Shown piece after piece: positions 12,787 to 26,056 of a stretch of 64,000 nt of DNA. The stretch comes from Malacoraja senta. Its lineage: Eukaryota. The stretch spans positions 3,846,001 to 3,910,000 of the forward strand of contig CM075990.1 in assembly GCA_038087875.1 (NCBI GenBank), written 5' to 3'. Position 1 is the first letter of the stretch. Each line of letters begins with the position of its first letter. The notes beneath the pieces are model-generated. The model saw only the letters and a list, made by a program, of their open reading frames with translations. It was not told where the DNA came from and ran no database searches. Made by a program: the position numbers and the translations under genes.

Positions 12787-13185
12787 AGGGGCTGTCCCAC
12801 TGCGGCGACCTAATTGGCGAATTTAGGAGAGTTTGAAAAAGTGTCATGATGAAGACCTCCTTCGACTATGTTGAAGACTATCTACAATTACCGTCGACTA
12901 CCCTCGATTACCTACGAATAACATGCCGACCCACTACGATCTACTTCGACTAAACCTACGATCGATTTTTTCCATGGTGACCTTTTTTTACTCGTGGGCA
13001 TTTTTCAGCATGTTGAAAAATACGCCGCGACCTAGCTGAGGCCTCGAGTACGCGGGGACTACTCTCAAGCATGAAAGAGAGTTACAAAGACCTCCTAGGA
13101 CCTCGTGTCGACCATGCTGCGATTATGAGTCGAGGGCAAACTCTACTAAACTCGCCAATTAGGTTGTTACAGTGGTACAGCCCCT
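12787..13185. mobile_element. PIF/Harbinger-like MITE
   Basis: TIR aggggctgtcccactgcggcgacctaattggcga / tcgccaattaggttgttacagtggtacagcccct; flanks TAA / CAA; inserted in a Penelope-like repeat. Confidence 0.75.
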
Positions 13186-13260
13186 CAAGGCAGCATCTCT
13201 GGAGAGCATGGATAGGTGATGTTTCGGGTTGAGAGCCTTCTTTAGACTAGTGTGAACAGG

Positions 13261-14273
13261 TACATAGATACATAGATACATAGAAAATAGGTGCAGGAGT
13301 AGGCCATTCGGCCATTCAATATGATCATGGCTGATCATCCAACTCAGTATCCCGTACCTGCCTTCTCTCCATACCACCTGATCCCCTTAGCCACAAGGGC
13401 CACATCTAACTCCCTCTTAAATATAACCAATGAACTGGCCTCAACTACCCTCTGTGGCAGAGAGTTCCAGAGATTCACCACTATCTGTGTGAAAAGGTTT
13501 TTCCTCATCTCGGTCCTAAAGGATTTCCCCCTTATCCTTAAGCTGTGACCCCTTGTCCTGGACTTCCCCAACATCGGGAACAATCTTCCTGCATCTAGCC
13601 TGTCCAACCCCATAAGAATTTTGTACGTTTCTATAAGATCCCCTCTCAATCTCCTAAATTCTAGCGAGTATAAGCCAAGTCTATCCAGTCTTTCTTCATA
13701 TGAAAGTCCTGACATCCCAGGAATCAGTCTGGTGAACCTTCTCTGCACTCCCTCTATGGCTATAATGTCCTTCCTCAGATTTGGAGACCAAAACTGTACG
13801 CAATACTCCAGGTGTGGTCTCACCAAGACCCTGTACAACTGCAGTAGAACCTCCCTGCTCCTATACTCAAATCCTCTTGCTATGAAGGCCAGCATACCAT
13901 TCACTTTCTTCACTGCCTGCTGCACCTACATGCCTACTTTCAATGACTGGTGTACCATGACACCCAGGTCTCGCTGCATCTCCCCATTTCCTAATCGGCC
14001 ACCATTTAGATAATAGTCTGCCTTCCCGTTTTTGCCACCAAAGTGGATAACCTCACATTTATCCACATTATACTGCATCTGCCAAACATTTGCCCACTCA
14101 CCCAGCCTATCCAAGTCACCTTGCAGTCTCCTAGCATCCTCCTCACAGCTAACACTGTCCCCCAGCTTAGTGTCATCCGCAAACTTGGAGATGTTGCTTT
14201 CAATTCCCTCATCCATTCATTAATATAAATTGTAAATAGCTGGGGTCCCAGCACTGAGCCTTGCGGTACCCCA
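13261..14273 (-). mobile_element. CR1 LINE, 5'-truncated 3' portion, same young family as 41127-43770
   Basis: ORFs 13926-14216 and 13344-13925 near-identical to the C-terminus of the 42115-43677 ORF; (tctatgta)n tail. Confidence 0.93.
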
Positions 14274-14490
14274 CAAGCACCAACAAAGTTACAAAAAGTA
14301 CTCACCTATTACCAACCTTTGTCCTGCCTGTCCTTTCTCCCAGCTTTCCCTCCCACCTCCTCCCCCCACAATCAGTCTGAAGAAGGGTCCTGACCTGAAA
14401 CGTCACCTGTCCATGTTCTCCAGAGATGCTGCCTGACCCGCTGAGTTACTCCAGCACTCTGTGTGTCCTCTCAGCCAATAGAAGCTTGGG

Positions 14491-16046
14491 AGGGCTGCCA
14501 ACATTGGGTAAGAGTTGGTAGTGAGAAATTGCGAGAGACCAAGCCCGAGGGAGCGTAGCGCCCCCCTCCAATTGGTACGGAGCTTTTGCATTTTTCAGCT
14601 TGAAATTGTGCAATCTGGTGCATACTGTAGCGAGTCTTTTAACTTACACTTGAATGCCATATTTATGCTTTAAATTGGATTAGCTATGAATAAGGCTAAT
14701 TTACATTCCTAATAACATTCCACAGTAGAGCCAGGCTCTGATCAACAGGTGCAGCACATGAATGATCTTAGTGTATTCATGTATGGAAATCAGATTATAA
14801 TCAAGCACTTGGCCCATGTTGACCATCCTGGGTCTCACTGCACACCTGGTACTACTCCTGACCCCGACTCCAGTTGTATACCTTCTCTCATTCCTGACCC
14901 TGAGTCCAGCCTTACATCTAGCCCCCTACATCATAGCTGCTTACCTGCTTAGGTTCCCAGTGCTGCATACAGGTTTGGATGGATATGGACCAAAAGCAGG
15001 TAGTGTAGCTAGGACATGTTGGTGGGTATGGGTAGGTTGGGCCGAAGGGCCTGTTTTCACACTGTATCACTCTATGACTACATTATACCTCCACCATGCA
15101 TGAATGCTTCTAAATCAAGTGGTCGAGTTTTATTGCCATATACTCAAGCAGAGAAACATAGCAAATTGGTGCAGGAATAGGCCATTCGGCCCTTCGAGCC
15201 AGCACTGCCATTCAATATGATCATGGCTGTTCATCTAAAATCAGTACCTCTTTCCTGTTTTTTCCCCATATCCCTTGATGTCGTTAGCCCCAAGAGCTAA
15301 ATGTAACTCTTTTGAAAACATCCAGTGAATTGGCCTCCACTGCGCACTGCCTTCTGTGGCAGAGATTTCCACAGATTCACAACTCTCTGGGTGAAGAAAT
15401 GTTATCCTCATCTCAGTCCTAACTGGCCTACCCCTTATTCTTAAGCTGTGTGACCCCTGGTTCTGAACTCCCCCGACATCAGGAACATTTTTCCTGCAGT
15501 TACAGTAAGTGAAAATCTAGCAGGCAAGCAGGATGCTTTCTCCATTTGACGGCCACTATCTTCCACCGTTTCTACCCAGTGCTTGGAACTTACTTCCAGC
15601 AGGCACTGGTTGTCCTCCAGGATGCACCGAGCCGCAGCCTGGTCCATGCCGGTCAACAGGGCAAATTCAGCACAGAGAGTCTCACGACAGCGGCGCAACG
15701 CTTCCAACGCCTCTGACGGCCCGGGATTCTTGCACTGAGGCTGCTCCATGGCCGGAGCTGCAGCGAGCGACTTGCCAGCCCGGCAAACACTTGCCAGCCC
15801 AGCAAACACTCACCAGCCCGGCAAACACTCGCCAGCCCCAGCTCGCCGTCCGCATCTGACCCGGCCGCTGCTTCTGCTTCCATCCCTCCCTCCGCCGCAG
15901 CTCTCCAACACCCGTGGCCCATGCAGTTAATATTAGTTTTGAAATTCTCGTTGAGCGTGACAGAGTGTGAGAAATTCTGTGATCAGTGTGAGAATTGGGC
16001 GAAATGCGTGATTCTCATGCTCAATGCGTGAGAGTTGGCAGCTCTG
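14491..16046. mobile_element. hAT-type non-autonomous DNA transposon carrying a captured gene fragment
   Basis: Termini agggctgccaac (14491) and gttggcagctctg (to 16046); flanking 8-mers agcttggg (14483-14490) and agtttggg (16047-16054), 7/8 identical. Confidence 0.7.
15594..15883 (-). pseudogene. TDP2: TDP2 exon-1-like fragment (N-terminal UBA-like domain) with splice donor; frameshifted by a 19-bp repeat expansion
   Basis: RRCRETLCAEFALLTGMDQAAARCILEDNQCLLE resembles TDP2 KKRRLLCVEFASVASCDAAVAQCFLAENDWEME (human, from memory); followed directly by GAA|GTAAGT; no downstream TDP2 exons recognised. Confidence 0.65.
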
Positions 16047-16989
16047 AGTTTGGGCACATGTTTAATTGGAGAGAATTTGGCATATGATTGTGGGCCTTGG
16101 TACAGTTTTGCATTGCAATATTTATCAATATTTCACCACTCTGAAATCGATACAAGGCAAACAAAAATGCACCACTATACCAATGCGGCACAGTGGCGCA
16201 GGGGTAGAGTTGCTGCCTTACAGCGCCAGAGACCTGGGTTCAACCCTGCCAATAGACAATAGGTGCAGGAGTAGGCCATTTGGCCCTTCGAGCCAGCACG
16301 GCTATTCAATGTGATCATGGCTGATCATCCCCAATCAGTACCCCGTTCCTGCCTTCTCCCCATATCCCCTGACTCCGCTATTTTTAAGAGCCTTATCTAG
16401 CTCTCTCTTGAAAGCATCCAGAGAACCAGCCTCCACCGCCCTCTGAGGCAGAGAATTCCACAGACTTGGGTATTTTTAAAGTGGGGACAGTACACAGAAA
16501 GTCATTGGGTATTTTTAAAGTGGAGATTGATAGGTCCTTGATTAGTGGGTGTCAAAGGTTACAGGGAGAAGGCAGGAGATTGGGGTTGAGAGGAGAAAAT
16601 ACATCAGCCATGATCGAATGGCAGAACTGACTTGAATAGGCTGAATGGCCTAATTCAATTCCCATGTCTTACGATCTAATAGAATATGCCTTGTACTAAG
16701 CAAGGCAACATAAATATACCACATAACTCTCATACTTCCATACCACAACCTGGGTCACTGCCAGCTCTTAAAGCAATCTCATTCTGCCTCTTACTTCCTG
16801 GACTGGTTTTCCTAGAATAGCTGATCATTTATTTATTTATTGTGTATTTATTTGTTGTGTTGTTGCGAGGAAAGCTGCAGCAGGTAAGAATGTTATTGTT
16901 CTGGTCTGGTCCGGGCCACCATGGGCGATCTATCTTTTCCTCTCAACCCCATTCTCCTGGCTTCATCCCATAATCTTTTGACACTCTTA

Positions 16990-17372
16990 AGCCCCTGTCC
17001 CACTTAGGAGACCTAAACAGCAACCTCTGGTGACCTTGCCCGCCACCCAAGGTTTCCATGAGGTTTTGGTCACTCTCCCTAATGGTCGAAAGTGGTTTCC
17101 GCGTGGTCGAGGCTTCATCTAGGTTGCTGCTATTTTTTCATCATGATTAAAACTGGCCTCGACTAAAAATAGTGTTGCCGTTTTCAAAAATCGATCATTT
17201 TTTAGTCGCAGGTCTAGTCGAAGCCGGTTTTCTTCATAGTCGAGGAAGGTTTTCAACATATGCGTGGGAGGTGGTAGGAGGTTGCAGGTCACCTCGACCT
17301 TGATTTTTTTTTGGGTGGCGGGCAAGGTAACCAGAGGTTGCTGTTTAGGTCTCCTAAGTGGGACAGGGGCTT
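16990..17372. mobile_element. PIF/Harbinger-like MITE
   Basis: ~60-bp near-perfect TIRs gcccctgtcccacttaggagacctaaacagcaacctctgg...; TTA on both flanks. Confidence 0.82.
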
Positions 17373-19656
17373 TTACTCATCAAGAATCTATCATTGACAC
17401 CCTTACTAATCAAGAATCTATGCTAGAGTGTGCGGAAATTTGGAAAATTTGTAGTTATTTCACAAGATGCATTTTTAATAACAACAATGATGCTTCGTTG
17501 CATATCACACGCATATACATGTGTGGGAAGGAACTGCAGATGCTGGTTTAAACCGAAGATACACACAAAATGCTGGAGTAACTCAGTGGGACACTGAGTT
17601 ACTCCAGCATTTTGTGTCTCGCACACATACACGTTGGACACAATCTCTAAAATGGGACTCTTTAATTGGATATGATGGGTATACGGGCCCATCAGTGGAG
17701 CAGTGTAAATGAATGGGTGGGAAACGGAGAGATTCCAGATCAAATCTTTGCTTAGGCATGACATGGCTTCCTCCAGCGCCTTGTTTGTGTTCTACGTTGA
17801 GTCTTTAGCCAGGTGTGCCAGGAAGGATGTGGTCCAAGAGCACTATTCCAGTCAATAGATGCACAATAAGGCAATGTCTTCCCAGTACGGGGAAGGTATC
17901 CGTGTGGAAAGGAACTGCAGATGCTGATTTACACTGAAGTTAAGACACAAAGTGCTGGAGTAACTCAGCGGGTCAGGCAGCATCCCTGGAGAAAAAGGAT
18001 GGGTGACATTTTGGGTGGAGACCCTTCTTCAGACTGAAAGTAGAGGGGGAGGGAACTGGAGGTAAGAAAAGACAAGAACAAAGCAGGAACGGCAAATATG
18101 TCGCCATGTTCTACTGGATCCTTGTCAGTCTGCAACCTATAAGTTCATAATTTCTTGGAGAAGAGTCATAGAATCAATAGACAATAGGTGCAGGAGTTGG
18201 CCATTCAATGTGATCATGGCTGATCATCCCCAATCAGTACCCCGTTCCTGCCTTCTCCCCATATCCCCTGACTCCGCTATTTTTAAGAGCCCTATCTAGC
18301 TCTCTCTTGAAAGCATCCAGAGAACCTGCCTCCACAGCCCTCTGAGGCAGAGAATGCCACAGACTCACCACTCTCTGTGAGAAAAAGTGTTTCCTCGTCT
18401 CCGTTCTAAATGGCTTACTCCTTATTCCTAAACTATGGCCCCTAGTTCTGGACTCCCCCAACATCGGGAACATGTTTCCTGCCTCTACCGTGTCCAAACA
18501 CTTAACAATAGGTCATAGAGTAATACAGTGTGGAAACAGGCCCTTCGGCCCAACTCACCCACACCGGCCATCAATGGCCCAGCTACCCTACTTGCCTGTG
18601 CTTGGTCCATATCCCTCCAAACCTGTCCTATCCATGTACCTGTCCAACTGTTTCTTAAACGATGGGATAGTCCCCGCCCCAACTATCTCCTCTGGCTGCT
18701 TGTTCCATACACCCACCACCCTCTGTGTGAAAAAGTTACCCCTTGGATTCCTATTAAATCTTTTCCTCTTAGAATTAGGCCATTGGGCCCATCAAGTCTA
18801 CTTCACCATTCAATCATGGCTAATCTATCATTCCCTCTCAACCCCATTCTCCTGCTTTCTCCCCATAAACACTGACACCCTTTCTTGACCCTGTCTTGAA
18901 CAGCTCCATCTAAAACAGCAAGAAACTGCAGAGAATTGTTGACGCAGCCCAGACCATCACAGAAAACGACCTCCCTTCCATTGACGCCATCCACATATCA
19001 CGCTGCTTCAGCAAGGCCAGCAGCATAATCAAGACCAGGGGTACTGAGGGCCGGAAACACAAGTTAGAGTGCAGCCCTGACCTCTCATCTACTTCACTGG
19101 AGACCTTTGAACTATCTTTGAAGACCTTTGAAGACTCCCATCTCCTTCATTGAAGACCTTTGAACTAAAAGGAAGATTGATCCTGTGCTAAACACAAGCT
19201 GTCGCTGCATCAATGGATGCATGAAACCTGCCAAGACTGACCACATCTGCCTACTCTCTGGCATTGCCCCCGCTGTAGCTAGTAGAGCTGTAGCTAGTCA
19301 AAAAAGAACGCCTCAGACAATCAGAGGATGAAAGACATCCCCGACATGATCACCCTTTGCTACCTCAGCGTTTGAAATCACGCAGAAGTTTCCTCACTTC
19401 TGTCCATCCTCTGGACTGCAGTGCATCGTCCAGGAGGCTCAGACTCTGGGAAGAGAGACTAGAGAAATCTCCGGAAGGCATTCACAGGGCAATCGATCCC
19501 TTCGAGAAACTCCCACCAGGTTCCGACCAACCGTGGATAACCTGGCGCAGTCTCAACAGACAGCGGACAGGCGCGGGGAGGAGCAAATTGAAGATGCTGA
19601 AGTGGGGATATACTGAAGATGCGGCAGATTGTGAGTGCAGACGGGGCCTCCAGGAC

Positions 19657-20324
19657 CGTGTGTGGATGTGGCGCCGAAGGACGAGAAGCTGAAGTAAAGA
19701 AGTCGAAGCCAAATAGCTGAATGGAAACTAAGCTGAAACGTCAACAAACTGAAAGCATACGAAGCCAAAATGCCACCTAACCGAAAGGCTGCGTCGCCTA
19801 CAAGCCAACTAACAGAATGCCGCTCTGCTGAAAAGTCAAATAATGGCTTGTGTGAGAAAATGACCCCCACCCTCCAGTTTCCACCGGTCAGTCATGTGAT
19901 GGACGCGGGGGGGTCTGGAACAATCACTGACAAGTCCCGACCCCCGGCGAAGTCATGTCCGTTATTTGACTTTTCGGCAGAACGGCATTCGGTGAGTTGG
20001 CTTTTAGGCATCCCGCCCTTTCGGTGAGTTGGCTTTTAGGCGTCCCGCCCTTTCGGTGAGTTGGCTTTTAGGCGTCCCGCCCTTTCGGTGAGTTGGCTTT
20101 TAGGCGTCCCGCCCTTTCGGTGAGTTGGCTTTTAGGCGTGCCACCCTTTCGGTGAGTTGGCTTTTAGGCGTGCCGCCCTTTCGGTTAGTTGGCTTTTAGG
20201 CATCCCGCCCTTTCGGTTAGTTGGATTTTAGGCGTCCCGCCCTTTTGGTTATTTGGCATTTCGGCTACGTTTCCATTCGGCTATTTGGCTTCGACTTCTC
20301 ATCCTTCGACGCCACGTCTGGGTA
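19657..20324. mobile_element. Fold-back (Mutator-like) non-autonomous DNA transposon
   Basis: Long inverted arms (gtggcgccgaaggacgagaag...tcgaagccaaatagctgaatggaaac vs gtttccattcggctatttggcttcgacttctcatccttcgacgccac); flanking direct repeats cctccaggac / cctccagaac. Confidence 0.7.
19988..20243. repeat. Minisatellite, 8 x 32 bp
   Basis: Unit ttcggtgagttggcttttaggcgtcccgccct starting at 19988, 20020, ... 20212; no spacers. Confidence 0.95.
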
Positions 20325-21261
20325 CCTCCAGAACAACTCCTGAGCTGTGACATGCTGCATGACACATGCACTGTAAAGGACCTCGCAGAGGCCAAGAGAT
20401 TCAAGATTCAAGAGAGTTTATTGTCATGTGTCCCTGATAGGACAATGAAATTCTTGCTTTGCTTCAGCACAACAGAATATAGTAGGCAACGTGGCACGCT
20501 ATTGGCAAACAGTTGTGTGATGACACAAAATAATATAAATTATCTTCAATCAGATGTTATCTTGCACTAAGTGTTGTGTCCTTTATCTGTACTTTAGACA
20601 GCTTGACAGTAATTATATCGTTATTTCTTTAACAGGATAGCACGCACCAAAATCTTTTCCTGTACCTCAGTAAATATGTCTCTTTCCACTGAGACACAGT
20701 ATGGCCCTTGGCACTGAAATCATAAGATCATAAGACATAGGAAAAGAATCAGGCCCTTCAGCCCATCAAGTCTGCTTTACCATTCGATCAATTTTTCCTT
20801 CTCAACCCCATTCTCCTGCCTTCTCCCAGTAATCGTTGACACCAGTACTAGTGAGGAATCCGGCAATCTCTGCTTTAAAAAATACCCAATAACTTGGCCT
20901 CCACCGCTAATGAATTCCACAGATTCACCACCTTCTGGCTGAAGAAATTCCTCTTCAAAAGGTTGCTTTCAGTAATATTAGAAAATCTTTCCCCTTTGCA
21001 TAAGATCTCACCCAGCAGTATCTCAGTTCCAGTAGTCAATAGACAATAGACAATAGGTGCTGTAGGCCATTCGGCCCTTCGAGCCAGCACTGCCATTCAC
21101 TGTGATCATGGCTGATCATCCACAATCAGTACCCTGTTCCTGCCTGCTCCCCATATCCCTTGACTCCGCTATCTTCAAGAGCTCTATCTAACTCTCTCTT
21201 CAGTGTATTTATTCTCCCATTTGTATCGTCATTCATCTCCCTCAATGTACACCTCGCCCAG

Positions 21262-21560
21262 ATGGCACAGTGGTGCAGCTGGTAGAGCTGCTGCCTCCCA
21301 GTGCCAGAGACCCAGGTTCGATCCTGATCTTGGGTCCTGTCTGTGTGGAGTTTGCACGTTCCCCCTGTGACTGTAGGGGTTTCCTCCGGCTACTCCGGTA
21401 TCCTCCCACATCCCAAAGACATGCGAGCTAGTAAGTCAATTGGCCGTGATAAACTGCCCCCTAGTGTGTAGAAAGTGGCATAACATAGGGCTAGTGTGAA
21501 GAGGTTACAGATGGTCGGCGTGGACTTAGTGGGCCAAAGGGCCTGTATCTATGCTGTATC
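21262..21560 (+). mobile_element. V-SINE (HE1-like)
   Basis: tRNA-like head, V-domain and gggccaaagggcctgt tail. Confidence 0.8.
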
Positions 21561-23310
21561 TTTCAACCAATTGGACAGATCAGCTGCTATTTATAATCCT
21601 TCCGCCACCGTCTTACCAAGAACCACCACCATGCAAGTACTCATCCCCTCTTGCCCTCCGATCTACCACATTCCCTTTTATCTCCCCCAACATGATTCCT
21701 TTCCTGCAACATAACAGCCTGCATAAGGTCAAGAGTGACAGGAGTAGAGTTTGGCCATTCAGCCCATCACGTCTACTCTGCCATTCAATCACGGCTGATC
21801 CATCTTCCCCTCTTAACCCCATTCTACTGCCTTCTCCCCATAACCTCTGACACCTGTACTAATCAAGATAAATGCATGTCCTCTATTTTTACACCCAGTT
21901 CTGATGAAGGGTTATCTACCCGAAACATTACTCAGATTCTGTCCCCGCAGATGTTACCTGACCTCCTGAGTATTTGTGGTATAAAATGAAAGATATAATG
22001 TGCTGGAGCAACTCAACAGGTCAGGCAGCATCTCTGGAGAACAGACATTGGTGTGGACTCTGAGGTATTGACCCTTCTTCAATAGACAATAGACAATAGG
22101 TGCAGGAGTAGGGCATATGGCCCTTCGAGCCAGCACCGCCATTCAATGTGATCATGGCTGATCATCCCCAATCAGTACCCCGTTCCTGCTTTCTCCCCAT
22201 ATCCCCTGACTCCGCTACTTTTAAGAGCCCTATCTAGCTCTCTCTTGACAGCATCCAGAGAACCTGCCTCCACCGCCCTCTGAGGCAGAGAATTCCCCAC
22301 TCCCCACTCTCTGTGATAAAAAGTGTTTCCTCGTCTCCGTTCTAAATGGCTTACCCCTTATTCTTAAATATTCTCCTTATTTTCATTCCTTATACTCCTT
22401 ATTCTTAAAGACTTCTTCCTCAGTCTGAAGGGGAGTCCCAACCCAAAATGTCACCTATCCTCGTTCTCCAGAGTTGCTGCCCGACATGCTGAGTTACTCC
22501 AGCACTTTGTGTCTTTATTTTTTGCAGCCAGCATCTGCAGTTCCCTTGTGTCTGGATATTTATTGTTTTTTTTAATTTAGATTCCCAGCATCTAATTTAG
22601 ATTCCCAGCACCTCCCAGTATATTTGTTGTTGCCCAGAGCCCATGCCTTGAGTGATGTGAGAAGCAGGCACTGTTTGGGCTTCAGATGGGTACAAAGTGC
22701 TGGAGTAACTCAGCGGGTCAGGCAGCATCTCTGGAGGAAAAGGAATAGGTGACGTTTCGGATCGGTAAGCTTCTGGAGAAGTCTGGGCTACCACTGAACC
22801 TGCCTACAGACAATTGGCTTCTTTCTCAGGAACGGGTCAGTTGGCAGAGGTGTGCAAATGGAATGGAAGCATATGAATGCACCACTTTATTTCACAAATA
22901 AAAACTTTTTTTTTGAGAATCACGCTGAACATCTCACCCGAAAAATCAACAAAAAGCACACCAGCTACTCCCCACAACACTATTCGCCACGAAAAGCCTC
23001 ATAACGCCACCAACAGAATCAAGGACTAGTCTCACCCCGGTCACTCCTTCTCCCCTCTCCCGTCAGCCAAGAGGTACAGAAGTGTGAAAATGCACACCTC
23101 CAGATTCAAGGACAGTTTCTTCCCAGCTCTTATCAGGCAAACTGAACCATCCTATCATCAACTAGACAGCAGTCCTGAGCTAACATCTGCCTTATTGGAG
23201 ACCCTTGGACTATCTTAAATCAGACTTTACTGGCATGGTCTTGCACCAAATGTTATTCCCTTTATTCTGTATCATCTGTACACTGTGGATGACTCGATTG
23301 TAATCATGTA

Positions 23311-23651
23311 CAGGCTAACCGCCGATTTTTCCGGCAACTGGTGGTTCGCATCCCTTTTAATCCGGACAAAATTCCCCTCCGGAACTCTCTCCGAAAATGT
23401 GGCACTTAGGTCGGGTGAGGCGGCCAATCTCGACCTCATCGGGACTTCCGCGACCGATCAGCGGGTCGAATTTGCCCCCTACGGGCCGGTGCTCTGGAAC
23501 TCGGGCCCGGCCGGAGCCGGCAGATCCGTTCCCATAGCCGACTTCCGAGGCAGACTGTATCTCGGCTCCCCCAAATCCGTGACCTCGGTTGGTCCGGATA
23601 ATACAGCAAGGATCTGAAACCAAGGGTGCCGGAAAATGGGTGGTGGAACTG
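23311..23651. mobile_element. Tc1/mariner (pogo/Tigger-like) MITE
   Basis: TA on both flanks; imperfect TIRs caggctaaccgccgattttccggca / tgccggaaaatgggtggtggaactg; second copy in opposite orientation at 40728-41107. Confidence 0.78.
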
Positions 23652-24988
23652 TACAGTATTTCACTGAGAGAGACACAAAATGTTGGAGTAACTCAGCGGG
23701 ATAGGCAGCATCTCCGGAGAGAAGGAATGGGTGACCCTTGAGACTTAAAAACATCACCCAATTCCTTCTCTCCAGAGAAGCTGCTGCCTGTCCCGCTGAG
23801 TTACTCCAGCATTTAGTGTCTATCTTCGGTGCAAACCAGCATCTGCAGTTCCTTCCTACACCGTCTTTCCACTGACTGGATAGCATGCGACAAAAAGCCT
23901 TCGGCGCTGCTGCACCTCGGAACAAAACATCCGAGGCAATATTAAACTAAAAAGTGAAGTTGATTTAACAATGAATGAGGCTCAGTGCGAATGGCCATTG
24001 GAGGTTGGAATGGATTTCCATAAACCGGGGTGCGAACACGGCTCAACCAGAAATTGGTTAAAGTTGCAAAAGCTGGTTTACACCGAAGAATTAACTCCAG
24101 CATTTTCCGTCTATTGGTTCGAGTTGCTCTGGTGGCCACTGGCCCCGAATCAAACCAGCTCCCTCCCGACTCAGACGCTGGGAATAGAAACATAGAAAAT
24201 AGGTGCCCTTCGGCCCGTCAAAGCAGCACCGCCATTCAATATGTTTAAGAAGGAACTGTAGATGCTGGAAAATCGAAGGTAGACAAAAATGCTGGAGAAA
24301 CTCAGCGGGTGCAGCAGCATCTATGGGGCGAAGGAAATAGGCAACGTTTCGGGCCGATACCCTTCTTCAGACCCATCATTCAATATGATCAGTACCCCGA
24401 TCCTGCCCCCCCCCCCTTATATCCCTTGATTCCGTTAGCCCTAAGAGCTAAATCCACCTCCAGTTTAAATTCCATTTGGAATATTTTGGCGGATCAGGAA
24501 ACCAAGAAACTCTCTCTTGAAAACTTGAATCTGCCTCCTCGTAATAAACTTTCCACCAGACTCATGTTGGCAACACAGCGAGCTCTCCTGAAGTAACAGG
24601 GAGGCTACTCATCCAGTAGCTAGTCAGAACTTCCAGCCGCGGCTGGTGGAATAATATGGCCTGATCATTGAACACAGATACTGGTCAGAATCCAGGAATT
24701 TCTCGCAACCGAAACAGGATTTGACAACCAATTAACACAAGCCGGCTCCAACTGTAAAAGAGGGAAATCAGGATTTCCATAAAATGAAATCGTGCTTTGA
24801 AACCCAAACTTTGGATCAACGACTTTAAACTACTCTGTGCAGCCGGGACGAAATGCAACTTAAATTAATCACACACACACACAGGGAGTTGATCTAATTC
24901 AGGGACATTTCTGAACAGATTAAGCCCATACAGAAAGGGACTCAGGGGGGAAAAACGGTCCCAAGTCATCAAGCAAGCGTTAAACTCT

Positions 24989-25287
24989 GAGAGGGAAGGA
25001 GGGGAGAGGAGAGGGAGGGGAGGAGAGAGAGAGGGAGGAGAGAGGGAGGGAGAGAGAGAGGGGGGGGAGGAAAGGGAGGGAGCGGGGAGGGAGAGGAGCG
25101 GGGGAGAGGGGGGAAGGAGGGAGAGAGGGAGGAGAGGAGGGTGGGAGGGGAGCGGGGGGAGAGGGGGGAGGGAGGGAGAGAGGGAGGAGGGGAGGGTGGG
25201 AGGGAGAGGGAGGGAGGGGACGGGGGGAGAGAGGGAGGAGAGGGTGGGGAGGGGAGAGGAAGGAGAGAGGGAGGGGGGGGGAGGGAG
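24989..25287. repeat. Polypurine (GA/GGA-rich) low-complexity tract
   Basis: Almost exclusively G and A on + strand for ~300 bp. Confidence 0.95.
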
Positions 25288-26056
25288 TACGAAAGGACTC
25301 GGCGATCAAACGGTTTCTGGTCTGCCTTAAAGGAAAAGTCCACGTAAAACGGATCCTTGCCACATCCAGCAGGTTATCCCAACCCCATGCGCTTTCCATT
25401 TGCAAACCTGCTTCTGGTGCAAATCACTGCAGATCAAACGAATCCGGCCCCGTCCCAGAAATCCAACCGAAGTCAGAAAGAAAGTGATATCTTCACACGA
25501 ACCCCCCCCCCCCCCCCCCCGGCATTATTTAACGCCGACCACCACCCCGGACCATAAAGACAGAGGCGCTGAGTCTGAATCATTCCTGAAATTGCAGCAA
25601 GCTATCTGGAGTGGTCCCAATCTGATTAATAGCCAGCGCACTCCCACCCATCCCCCACCCAAATAAAAGACATCCCTTTGAAAACTTCCAAAACTTTTTA
25701 TTGTGCCCACTGCGCAAACTTTTGTTTCCCCTCCTCTCTGGATCAGCGCAGCACCGACTGGCTTCTCAAATGAAATCCCAGCCACGTTCAATCTCCCTCT
25801 GCAATCTGCCCGCCAGATTGTGAAAATATTGATCTTGTTCAATAAAGAAAGGAACCGCAGAAAGCAAAGACGGATCCCCCAACAACTTTTTTTGTTTGGT
25901 TTTTAAAAAGTTTTTTTTTCCGCAGATAAAGTGCGGTGCAATTTGCAAGTGGAGGCTTAAAGCGAGCGATTGGGAGCCCCGGACAGTGCAGGCTGTTCCC
26001 CCAATTCCGATAGCTGGTGTATATTAAATGCACAGGATTCCAAAAATTAATGGTAC

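Larger units (their letters stand above)
19170..20395 (+). mobile_element. Vingi/Ingi-like LINE 3' fragment, interrupted at 19657-20324
   Basis: WRSLNRQRTGAGRSKLKMLKWGY...DCEC; homologous to 34976-35616. Confidence 0.65.

Noticed and set aside
15441..15922. A functional TDP2 gene, or a functional link between TDP2 and the nearby DIRS recombinase
   Set aside because: Only one frameshifted exon is visible within transposon termini. TDP2 mainly acts on 5'-phosphotyrosyl bonds whereas tyrosine recombinases form 3' linkages, so proximity is probably coincidental.
19988..20243. 32-bp repeat array resembling a CRISPR array
   Set aside because: Units are directly adjacent with no unique spacers, no cas genes, eukaryotic context, and it lies inside a fold-back transposon.
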